DNA from: Octopus sinensis
Lineage: Eukaryota
Length of the DNA stretch: 64,000 nt
Assembly (NCBI RefSeq): GCF_006345805.1
Contig: NC_043000.1
Span: 112,530,001-112,594,000 of the forward strand
Reading direction: 5' to 3'
Part shown: piece after piece, positions 11,993-21,480 of the stretch
Layout: every line of letters starts with the position of its first letter
Numbering within the stretch: position 1 is the first letter of the stretch
Position numbers and translations under genes: made by a program
Notes under the pieces: generated by a model
Databases searched by the model: none
Told to the model about the DNA's origin: nothing
The model's input: only the letters and a program-made list of their open reading frames with translations

Positions 11993-13486
11993 GGCCAGAT
12001 GGTCATATCTGGGATGTCTTTGTTTATAAGGTTGCTCATCAGGACTGACCTGAAGCCAACCTCATGCTCTTTAAGTTCATCTCTCATTGTAATGGATCAT
12101 AATAGAATAACATCATTTCTTCTTCTGGATTGGGATAAGACTTTTGCATCTTCTGCTACCCTCAACCTAAAATCCGACAGCCATATCCATATGTTCATTC
12201 ATGCCCTCAACCTAAAATTAAATAACCATGTCTTCTTGTATCATTTCCTTGAACCATCTCCTCCTCCTCCTCTATCATTCATGTTTTCTCTCTACAATTG
12301 AACCACAATATCTTTACTAGTCACCGTAGACTGTGCCATCTCGGTTCATGGTGGCCAGGAGAACCTCTGGCTGCAGTGTTCTAATGAAGCAATCTCTTGC
12401 ATCTTTGTAGCCCATGGTTCCTTTTACTGGAATCTCTATCTTCTGTGACTGCTTACCTGTCTTGTAGCACTGGATCTTGTCTGGAAGTTGGTAAACTCCT
12501 GTACCTCCAGGATTTCTGATGTTGTTGTTTTAGCCTGTAAATCAGCACTGATTTGGCCGAGTTATTTCAAAGATAATTCAGGCATTGTGTATTTAGGACT
12601 ACATTAATCTATGTGTTCTTTGGGGTTCTTTTTACACACTAGAGTATGATTTGTGGGTGGTGTAGCTGTTATTTCTAGCAGGTTGATTGACAATTTAGAG
12701 GCTCCTACATTTGCTCATACATAGTCATATTAGATGTGGTTTAGTTTTTGTAGTTAAGAGGTGATGAGAGAGACAAATCTCTAGGATATGCCAGTAGTCT
12801 CTAACTAATAACTTCCCATCCCACTACTTAGTTGTCATTTTGGCAGCCAGCAGAGTGGAACCACAAGAAAACTCAATAATTTCAGCTAGTCCTCAGAGCT
12901 GGGAATTTTTACTGCTTCTTATAAGAATTTCCTTTGAAAGTTTTGTGAGGAACTATCCTTTTTCTATTTCAGTATTATTATTATTGTTATTATTTAAAGG
13001 ATTGAGATAACTCCTCCCAAAGATATAGAGTCAAAATTAAAAGAAGAGTGCCATTATCAACTGGAGGAGTTAACTCAATTATTTATATATTAACCAAAAT
13101 GAAGTAGATTGACAAAATTATTTTTTGAACCAGTTGAAGACACATAAGATGTCAATATATCGCTCACTAGATGACAATGGTAATCTTCTTATATTTTTGA
13201 TATTATTATTATCATCACAACATGCTTTTATACTCTCTCTTTCTCTGATATCCCCCACCTTCAATAGCAGAAAAAAATCTAATTTTTTTTCTTTCTTCAA
13301 GATGTCTTGTTCTGTTCTTTGACTCAAGGCACATTGCTATCATGTCTTGAAACTAAATTAAGAAATCTTAGCTGAGAGTTCTTGGTTCACAATGTTTATA
13401 TGATGAGTACAGACTAGAAGTGTTTATGGGGTGAATGCAAGAACTGTCAGCGTTTATTTGGTAAGTATAGACGCTGGCAGTATATA

Positions 13487-13832
13487 TATAATCAAAATAA
13501 GCAACAAGCATATCCAAGGTAGTGCAGTATAATCGTTTCATGCTACTTCATTTTATTAAACAATGTAAGTATTACATCAGTTTTAAAATGTAGAGCAATC
13601 TTCAGCCACATATAGAGTTTTTTAATTAAATAGACAATGTACATTTTTATACTTATTCCATTTGCCAACATTACAAAGAAGGTAGATATATAGATATTGT
13701 ACTGCACTACCTTGGATTTCCTTGTTGCTTCTTTTGATTATAATCAGCCCATTTGATTTATATGGATAATACCATACAAAATTCTGGTGCCTTTAACTTA
13801 AGTACCATATTCATCTGAATCTAAATTTTGCT
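13487..13832. mobile_element. Family-2 inverted-arm element
   Basis: 13487-13690 matches 16250-16450 directly. 13696-13832 is an inverted arm matching 16160-16296. Flanked by TA runs. Confidence 0.75.
13523..13610 (-). ncRNA. Candidate type I hammerhead motif (family 2, helix III degenerate)
   Basis: UGUGG-CUGAAGA-UUGCU...AGCAU-GAAA-CGAUUA-UA|CUGCA; 5-bp helix I. Confidence 0.4.
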
Positions 13833-14314
13833 GAACTATATATATACACACACATATATATAGTGGTGAGGGTATATAATAATGAGTGTAGACTGGCAGT
13901 GTTCACATTGTGAGTAGAAAAGCTGGTTTGTGTGGTGAATGTGGACATCAGTATTCTTGGTCCACTGTTTACTATAAACATCAAAAGAGAGAATCTGCTG
14001 GACATCTCTGCTTCTCACTTTGCATCCGTTTTGCTTTTGGGGCACTCTGTGGTGCTGTTGGTTTGCCCTGCAAGTGCTGTGCTCTAATCTCGGCATCACA
14101 GTGCCACAGCTGAGTCATGACAGAGTTCCTTGCTACCAAATTCTAAAACTAATTTACCATGGCAGCAACCATACATATTATTTCACCTGATATTTTCTGC
14201 TGTCCAGTTGTTAATTAACTGTTTATTAGAGTGTCTTTGATTTATTTTTAATTGTTGTTGTTGTCTCAGTTTTGTCTGTCTGCTAATGTTGGCATTTTTG
14301 TTACCGTTTTTCAG

Positions 14315-14398
14315 ACTTGTACCGATTTGGTAGGAAGAGTGGTAAGAGTACTGAGAGTAGCAGTGATGCAGGTTCAACTGCTGGTTCGGACTATACAG
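14315..14398 (+). CDS. CAMSAP: CAMSAP exon, 84 nt: (D)LYRFGRKSGKSTESSSDAGSTAGSDYT(G)
   Basis: Acceptor ccgtttttcag, donor CAG|GTATTG, phase 1-1. DYTG joins PKLF exactly as in the CAMSAP (EY)TGPKL CKK entry motif. Confidence 0.9.
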
Positions 14399-14463
14399 GT
14401 ATTGTGTCGGTTCTGTCTGTGTGTGTATATATATGTGCATGTGTATATATGTGCGTATGTGTG

Positions 14464-14494
<31 letters not shown>

Positions 14495-14495
<1 letters not shown>

Positions 14496-14935
14496 GCTTA
14501 TTGGTTAGAGCATCAGGCTCACAATCACAAGGTAGTGAGTTCGATTCTTGGACTGGGCTGTGTGTTGTGTTCATGAGCAAGACACTTTATTTGTATGTGT
14601 GTGTGTGTGGCTCAGTGGTTAGAGCATTGGGCTCACTATCATGAGGTTGTGAGTTCAAATCCCAGACCGGGCTGTGTGTTGTGTTTTTGAGCAAGACACT
14701 TTATTTCACGTTGCTCCAGTTCACTCAGCTGTAGAAATGGGTTGTGACGTCATTGGTGCCAAGCTGTATTGGCTTCTTTGCCTTTCTCTTGGATAACATC
14801 AGTGGCATGAAGAGAGGAGGCAGGTATGCACGGGCAACTGGTCTTCCATAAACAACCTTGCCCGGACTTGTGCTTTGGAGAACGTTCTAGGTGCAATCCC
14901 ATGGTCAGTCATGACTGAAGGGGTTCTTTACTCCT
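14495..14935 (+). mobile_element. tRNA-derived SINE, family C, with duplicated head
   Basis: Two heads (ggctcagtggttagagc...gagttcgatt...gagcaagacacttta) at ~14495 and ~14608, then a body ending gaagggttctttac. Confidence 0.8.
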
Positions 14936-15090
14936 TTACTCCTTATGTGTGTGGTGTGTGTGTGCGTGTGTGTGTTTAGTACAGTGTGTCTCCTACAAAA
15001 CTGGACCTCTTCTTTTCTTTCCGTTCAAATGCCCAAACGATGTTGTTGTTCTGCTTATCCACACGCGTGTGCCTCTTGACTCTTTTCCAG

Positions 15091-15209
15091 GTCCCAAACT
15101 CTTTGTGAAACCAAGCTCCAAGTCAAACCGTCACATTATAATCAACGCCATTAGTCATTGTTGTTTAGCAGGATGTGTGAACTTAGATCTGAAAAATAAA
15201 GTCTTAGAG
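15091..15209 (+). CDS. CAMSAP: CAMSAP exon, start of CKK domain: GPKLFVKPSSKSNRHIIINAISHCCLAGCVNLDLKNKVLE
   Basis: Acceptor tcttttccag, donor GAG|GTGAGT. Closely resembles the CAMSAP CKK N-terminus (GPKL..PS.KSN..II.NAISHCCLAG.VN). Confidence 0.96.
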
Positions 15210-15367
15210 GTGAGTCATACCATTTTTTTTTTGTTTTTTACTATTCCACCCTTGATTACGTCTTTGGTAAGCTAAGGGGAAGCTATAACTGTCCGACGAA
15301 GGCAGAAATATATCTAGGGTTGTCTCCCATACTTAGAGGCAAAAGGGAAAATATTAACTAGTACAGT

Positions 15368-16100
15368 ATAATAATAATAATAATGAAATTATTGTATACA
15401 GTGCTCAGGTGCACCACAACTTGTCAGAAAGTGCATATAAAGTACATGCAGTAATGTAGAAATGTCTGGAAAGCGAACAATGTATGACACAGATACATGC
15501 TTGTGTGTGTATGGAGGGGAGAAAATCAAGTGTAGTGTTGGCGAATCTCAGGAAGCATGGAAGTTTTGAAGGATGCAGTGCTCCGACAACTAACAACTGA
15601 TGCCGGCAGTTTGTTCCATGCTTCAGCAACTCTCAGCTTGAAAAAATGTTTCCTAAAGTCATGGGATCTGTGCTGTTTTCTTACTTTGTAAATATGTCCA
15701 CAGGTGTTAGATGGGTGGAGTTTGAAAAGGTGCTCAGAGTTATTGTTTGTACGATGGTTGATAATTTTATGGGTGTCTGCCAAGTCAGCTGCCAGACGTC
15801 GGAGTTTCAATGTGTCCATGCCCAGGGAAGTAAGGCGTTCAGGATATGGCAAATGCCTGATGGAGGGTATTCTTTTGGTTGCACGTCGCTGAACAGCTTC
15901 CAGACGATTGATATCCTGGGCAAGATAGGGGTTCCAGACCGGTGATGCAAATTCCAGGTGAGGTCTTACCATAGCTATATAAAGCCGCAGATAGATAGCC
16001 GGAGAGCGGCTCACAAAGGATTTGGTGAGTGAGCCAAGACACCCTCAGCCTTCTTGACAATTTCCCAGTCTTTTCATTACTAAGGACTTCGTGTTTAAAT
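15368..16100 (-). mobile_element. CR1-clade LINE 3' fragment with (ATT)n tail
   Basis: ORF 15526-16014 LY..MVRPHLEFASPVWNP...LEAVQRRATK...ERL..L...L..RR...F..RV...WN.LP, the typical CR1/L2 post-RT C-terminus. Confidence 0.9.
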
Positions 16101-16159
16101 GAGTTTTCCCACGGACCCACTTTTAATATGCTTATATATATTTATATATATATATATAT

Positions 16160-16450
16160 AGCAACATTTAGATTCAGATGAATATGGTACTTAAGTTAAA
16201 GGCACCAGAATTTGGTATGTTGTTATCCATATAAATCAAATGGGGTGATTATAATCAAAATAAGCAACAAGTATATCCGAGGTAGAGTAGTACAATTGTT
16301 TCATGCTACTTCATTTTATTAAACACTGTAAGTATTACATCAGTTTTAAAATGTCAAGCAATCTTCAGCCACTTACAGAATTTTCCAATTAAACGGACAA
16401 TGCACATTCTTACCCTTATTTCATTTTCCAACATTATAAAGAGGGTAGAT
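16160..16450. mobile_element. Family-2 element, single arm
   Basis: Homologous to both arms of the 13.5-13.8 kb element. Confidence 0.75.
16286..16373 (-). ncRNA. Candidate type I hammerhead motif (family 2)
   Basis: AGUGG-CUGAAGA-UUGCU...AGCAU-GAAA-CAAUUG-UA|CUACU. Palindromic helix III ACAAUUGU, GUA triplet, 5-bp helix I. The base of helix II is non-canonical (U.U). Confidence 0.5.
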
Positions 16451-16531
16451 GTACAGACAGAGAGGTTGATTTCATTCTTAAGAACATGATAGTAGTATGT
16501 TTACTCTCCATATATATATATATATATATAA

Positions 16532-16592
16532 TTTCAAATTTAGTTCAAGGACCCTCCAACACTACCTTTGCGGACCACAGATTAGGAACCAC
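16532..16592 (+). mobile_element. hAT MITE terminal fragment
   Basis: aatttagttcaaggaccctccaacactacctttgcggaccacagattaggaaccac matches 52545-52660. Confidence 0.6.
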
Positions 16593-19523
16593 CCCACAAC
16601 ATAGACTGGTAGTTAGTGACTTTAGGATCAGGACTAGGAGGACAACCAGAAGACAACAAATATGGAGAAGAAGGATCTGGAAGCTTAAAGATCCTGCAAA
16701 TGGACAGAGATTTAGGGACATATTACTTGAAGCCTCTGACGAAGTAGAAGGGGATAGAGCATCACAGGGGGTAGAAGACAGCTGGACGTTTCTAAGGGAC
16801 AACCTGCTGAGAGCCACTGACCAGATCTGTGGCTGGTGCAAAGTCCCCTCTCGACCTAGAATAACGTGGTGGTGGAACAATATTGTAGACAGGGCTATTA
16901 GAGAAAAGAGACAGGCTTGGAAGGTCTGGAAAAATGGGGGTAGCAGGGGATTGTATCAGACTGCCAAAAGAGAAGCTAGGAGACAGGTTTATTTAGCCAG
17001 AGGGGAAGCAGATAAGAAAAAATTTGCCAATGTTCTGCGCCGTGAGGACCAAAGACTGGAAGTGTTTCGTGTTGCAAGACAGTGTGTGAGAGAGAATCGT
17101 GATGTGGTAGGAGAGAACTGTGTTCGCATGGAAGATGGTTCACTTGCGCTAAATGAGGATGCAAAGAGAGAGGTTTGGAGATGCCACTATGAAAGGTTGC
17201 TGAATGAAGAAAATGAATGGGATAAAGAGAGTCTGCCGAATGTTGACCCAACAGAGGGACCAGCTATCCGAGTTGATAGTTCCGTGGTAGCTAAGGCAAT
17301 TAGAAGCATGAAGACAGGGAAAGCCCCAGGCCCATCAGGAATCACTGCAGAGATGCTCAAAATGTCTGGTAGTGTCGGCTATAGCCTAGTCACCCGTATA
17401 GTTAATCAGGTGATACACAAAGGGGTCATATCCAATGACTGGTATAGCAGTATAATAGTCAACTGCTACAAAGGTAAAGGTGATGCCCTAGATACAAATA
17501 ACTACAGAGGTATCAAGCTGTTGGACCAGGTGATGAAGGTTACGGAGAGGGTCATAGCCCAACTAATTAGAGAGAGAGTTAGTTTAGATGAGATGCAGTT
17601 TGGGTTTGTGCCAGGGAAAAGTACTACTGATGCTATATTCCTGGTAAGGCAGCTGCAGGAGAAATACCTAGCCAAAGATAAGCCCCTGTACCTGGCTTTT
17701 GTTGACATGGAGAAAGCCTTCGACAGGGTCCCCCGATCCCTTATCTGGTGGGCAATGAGGAAACTAGGGATAGATGAATGGTTAGTGAGAGCTGTGCGGG
17801 CCATGTACAGGGACGCCACTAGTAGGGTGAGGGTTGGAAATGTGTACAGTGAAGAATTCCGGGTAGAGGTAGGAGTCCACCAAGGCTCAGTACTCAGCCC
17901 CCTCCTATTTATCATAGTCCTCCAGGCAATAACGGAGGAATTCAAGACAGGATGCCCTTGGGAGCTCCTCTATGCTGATGACCTTGCTCTAATTGCTGAG
18001 TCGCTATCAGAACTGGAGGAGAAGTTTCAGGTGTGGAAACAAGGATTAGAATCGAAGGGCCTCAGAGTCAATCTAGCTAAAACCAAAGTCGTAATCAGTA
18101 GGAAGGTAGACAAATCACAAACACCTTCAGGTAGATGGCCCTGCTCGATCTGTAGAAAAGGTGTAGGTAGAAACTCTATAAGATGCACCAAGTGTAAGCT
18201 ATGGACACATAAGAGATGCAGCAATGTCAAAGGAAGGCTAACTAGGAAGATGGTTTTTGTATGTGGCAGATGCTCAGGAACAATAAACACTGAAAATGCT
18301 CTGAGACCAACTTCCGTCACTTTCCAGGGAGAAAAACTAGAAATAGTTGATAGTTTCCGTTACCTAGGTGACCAAGTCAGCAGCGGGGGCGGGTGTGCTG
18401 AAAGTGTAACTGCTAGAGTAAGAATAGCTTGGGCAAAGTTCAGAGAGCTCTTACCTCTGCTGGTGACAAAAGGCCTCTCGCACAGAGTGAAAGGCAGACT
18501 GTATGATGCGTGTGTACGAACAGCCATGCTACATGGCAGTGAAACATGGGCCGTGACTGCTGAGGATATGCGTAAGCTCGCTAGAAATGAAGCCAGTATG
18601 CTCCGATGGATGTGTAATGCCGGTACTCACACTCGGCAGAGTGTAAGTACCTTGAGAGAAAAGCTGGACCTAAGAAGCATCAGTTGTGGTGTGCAAGAGA
18701 GACGTTTGCGCTGGTATGGTCATGTGGCGAGAATGGATGAAGATAGTTGTGTGAAAAAGTGCCACACCCTAGCGGTTGAGGGAACCTGTGGAAGAGGCAG
18801 ACCCAGGAAAACCTGGGACGAGGTGGTGAAGCACGACCTTCGAACTTTAGGTCTCACTGAGGAAATGACTAGAGACCGAGACCTCTGGAAGTGTGTTGTG
18901 CGCGAGAAGACCCGGCAGGACAAGTGAGTCCACAACCCGTGGCCTTCTACATGGGATGGAGCCAGCCTACGTATGCATACCTTCCCTTCTTGGGACACAA
19001 AACTCTACTTGTGAAGACGTGTTGAGGCAAGTGAGGATCAGAATCGAAATCGATCAATGGAAATTGCGGATGTGCTACCAGTGCCGGTGGCATGTCGAAA
19101 CTCTGCTTGTGAAGACCCATTGAGGCAAGGGAGGATCAGAATCGAAATCGATCAATGGAAATTGCAGATGTGTTACCAGTGCCGGTGGCATGTAAGAGAA
19201 CTTTCCGTTTCGCGACCGTTGCCAGCACCGCCCCGTTTCGTGTCCGTTGCCAGCCTCGCCTGGCCCTCGTGCCGGTGGCACATAAAAAGCACCATCCGTT
19301 CGTGGCCGTTTGCCAGCTCTGTCTGGCACCAGTGCGGGTGGCACGTAAAAAGCACCCACTACACTCACGGAGTGGTTGGCGTTAGGAAGGGCATCCAGCC
19401 GTAGAAACACTGCCAGATTTGACTGGGCCTGATGAAGCCTTCTGGCTTCACAGACCCCAGTAGAACCGTCCAACCCATGCTAGCATGGAAAACGGACGCT
19501 AAATGATGATGATGATGATGATG
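16593..19523 (+). mobile_element. RTE-clade LINE, 5'-truncated, uninterrupted RT ORF to 18927, 3'UTR and (ATG)n tail
   Basis: End of APE (QHRLVVSDF); RT motifs NYRGIKLL, QFGF, FVDMEKAFDRV, GVHQGSVLSPLLF, LLYADDL, FRYLG; PHD-like Cys/His cluster; GRPRKTW. No stop codons over ~2.3 kb. Confidence 0.95.
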
Positions 19524-19958
19524 AAACTAATATTTCATCATCCTCTCCTCTATAACTGCATCTTTCTAGAGTTTCCCTTTGTCCTTGTACCAGTTGATTA
19601 TTATTATTATCATTATACTACTATGGCAGTCATACGGGATGACCTCTGTTCTGCCATATCTCGTTGTCAAATATTCTGTGTGCCAGCAACCATCTCTGAT
19701 GGTTGAATCTGCTTATTTTGTCTTCATATCCTTAAATGATCATTTTTGACTATTTGCTGGCAATTCCTGTAGATGTTTCTCCCTGCTAGGTAACGGTCCT
19801 TCCCTCTTCTTATAGAAACCCTCTTTGACTTCAAATAATTTTACAAATGGTTTGGTTTTGGGTTCTGTCAGATCAATTAGTATTTTTGTACAACCAACAG
19901 GACTGATTAAGTAATTTATCAGGAATAAACTAATATATGTGTGTGTTTTCTACTGCAG

Positions 19959-20122
19959 GAAATTGCGAAATCCGATGCAAAGCATTTTGTGATATTATTC
20001 CGGGACACAGGTTGTGCATTTCGGTCACTATATGCCTATTACCCAGAGCGTGAAGAGGCTGTTAAAATTCATGGAATTGGACCAAAATTGGTGACTAGCA
20101 AAAATATTGAAAAATATTACAA
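19959..20122 (+). CDS. CAMSAP: CAMSAP CKK exon: EIAKSDAKHFVILFRDTGCAFRSLYAYYPEREEAVKIHGIGPKLVTSKNIEKYYK
   Basis: Acceptor ttttctactgcag, donor AA|GTAAGT, phase 0-2. HF.ILFRD.GC.FR.LY motif of the CKK domain. Confidence 0.97.
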
Positions 20123-20202
20123 GTAAGTTCTAATTAAATTGGTTAATTACAGTGTTTGAATTAAATAGGTTTATAACAATGTTATAAGGAAGTTAATCTA
20201 CC

Positions 20203-20400
20203 ATCATCATTTAACGTCAATTTTTTCCATGTTGGCATGGGTTAGGTGATTACAGAGGATCCCGTGAGCTGCAGGACTATCTCAAGCTCCTGTGCATGCC
20301 TTGGTATGGTTTCTATGGTTCGGTGCTCTTTTTAACATTTACCATTTTACAGAATGTACTGGGTGCTTTTATATATGGCACCAGCACTAGTGAGGTTGCC
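20203..20400 (-). mobile_element. Degenerate RTE 3'UTR fragment
   Basis: catcatcatttaacgtc...ccatgttggcatgggtt...gggtgcttttt, the reverse complement of the RTE tail. Confidence 0.65.
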
Positions 20401-20496
20401 AAGTAACCAAAGGAAAAGCCCCTGTTGAGCATATGGGAAGTGGCTTTATGTCAGGTGTTGAGACACATAACTCTGTTTTACAGTTGGCAGTTGGGT

Positions 20497-20855
20497 CTTT
20501 CAGTCATTAGACTGCGGCAATGCTTTGAAGAATTTTTAGCTGTCTGTATTGGCCCCAGAACTTTTTTTTTTTTTAAGAAACCTAGCACTTATTCTATTAG
20601 TCTCTTTTGCTGAACCACTCAGTTACGGGGACGTAAATGAACCAACACTGGTTATTAAGCAGTGATGGGTACAAACACAGACTCAGTCACACTTGTAGAA
20701 TATATCTGTGTGTATATATATAGAAGATGGGCTTCTTTCAGTTTCTGTCTACCAAATCCACTGGCAAGGCTTTGGTCAGCCTGAGGCTGTTAAAGGAAAA
20801 CACTTGCCCAGTGTTCCATGCAGTGGGACTGAACCTTACCACCCAGCCACGCCTG
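20497..20855 (-). mobile_element. SINE, family B
   Basis: tttcagtcattagactgcggc...gggcttctttcagtttc...cagccacgcctg. Confidence 0.8.
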
Positions 20856-20957
20856 ATGGCAATTCTTTAATGATTGTTGGATAATATCTTGAACATTTGG
20901 TGGTGATTGTTTATTTGATGTTGGTTATGTTATATTCGTTAAACTAAACTTATAATT

Positions 20958-21276
20958 CTGTTGTGTCTGGGGAGAGTCATTTTTTTGTGCCTTATAATGT
21001 AACACTGGTAAAATTTCTACTTTTTTCTTATTTTTACTGTCCTAAAATTTTCATTGCATCTTGCAACCTTTTCAATAGTTTTGACTGTCCATTATTTACG
21101 CTGCTTTCTCTTTTGTTTGTTTGTGCGCATGTGTGTGGGTCAGTGTGAAAATTTTACCGGTGAGTGTGTTACATTATAAGGCACAAAAAGAAAATGACCC
21201 TCCCCAGACACAACAGAATATGCTTCAACACACGAACTCACATAAAGAATCTTGCAAACCAAATCCAAATACGAAA
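20958..21276. mobile_element. Family-3 inverted-arm element with perfect 13-bp TSD
   Basis: Arms ~20958-21083 (-) and ~21145-21277 (+). taaacttataatt at 20945-20957 and 21277-21289. Confidence 0.8.
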
Positions 21277-21353
21277 TAAACTTATAATTGTTCTGCTTAA
21301 ATTTGTACCCGTTAGTTTCCCTAATTAACAATTTTTTTATTCGCTTGTTCCAG

Positions 21354-21480
21354 GTACAACTCTGGTGGTAAAAGTTTTGCTGAAGTGACATCTACGAAAC
21401 ATTTATCTGTATCCATTGATGCTATCGTTATCAATGGCAGTTTGTGGAAAAGTTCCCGGACGCCTACGGGCCGACGATAA
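21354..21480 (+). CDS. CAMSAP: CAMSAP terminal coding exon: YNSGGKSFAEVTSTKHLSVSIDAIVINGSLWKSSRTPTGRR*
   Basis: Acceptor tcgcttgttccag, phase 2. KYNSGGK.F...KHL.V.IDA..I...LW as in the Patronin CKK C-terminus; TAA at 21478-21480. Confidence 0.97.

Noticed and set aside
16486-16592. N-terminal 36 codons of the 813-aa ORF, suggesting a new start or a CAMSAP-RT fusion
   Set aside because: They derive from a TA microsatellite and a hAT MITE end. The nearby AG sites are phase 1 while the upstream CAMSAP exon ends in phase 0, so no in-frame fusion is possible.
19425-19445. CTGATGA within the RTE 3'UTR
   Set aside because: No helix II or GAAA follows; other copies read gcctggtgcagcc, so this is a chance variant.
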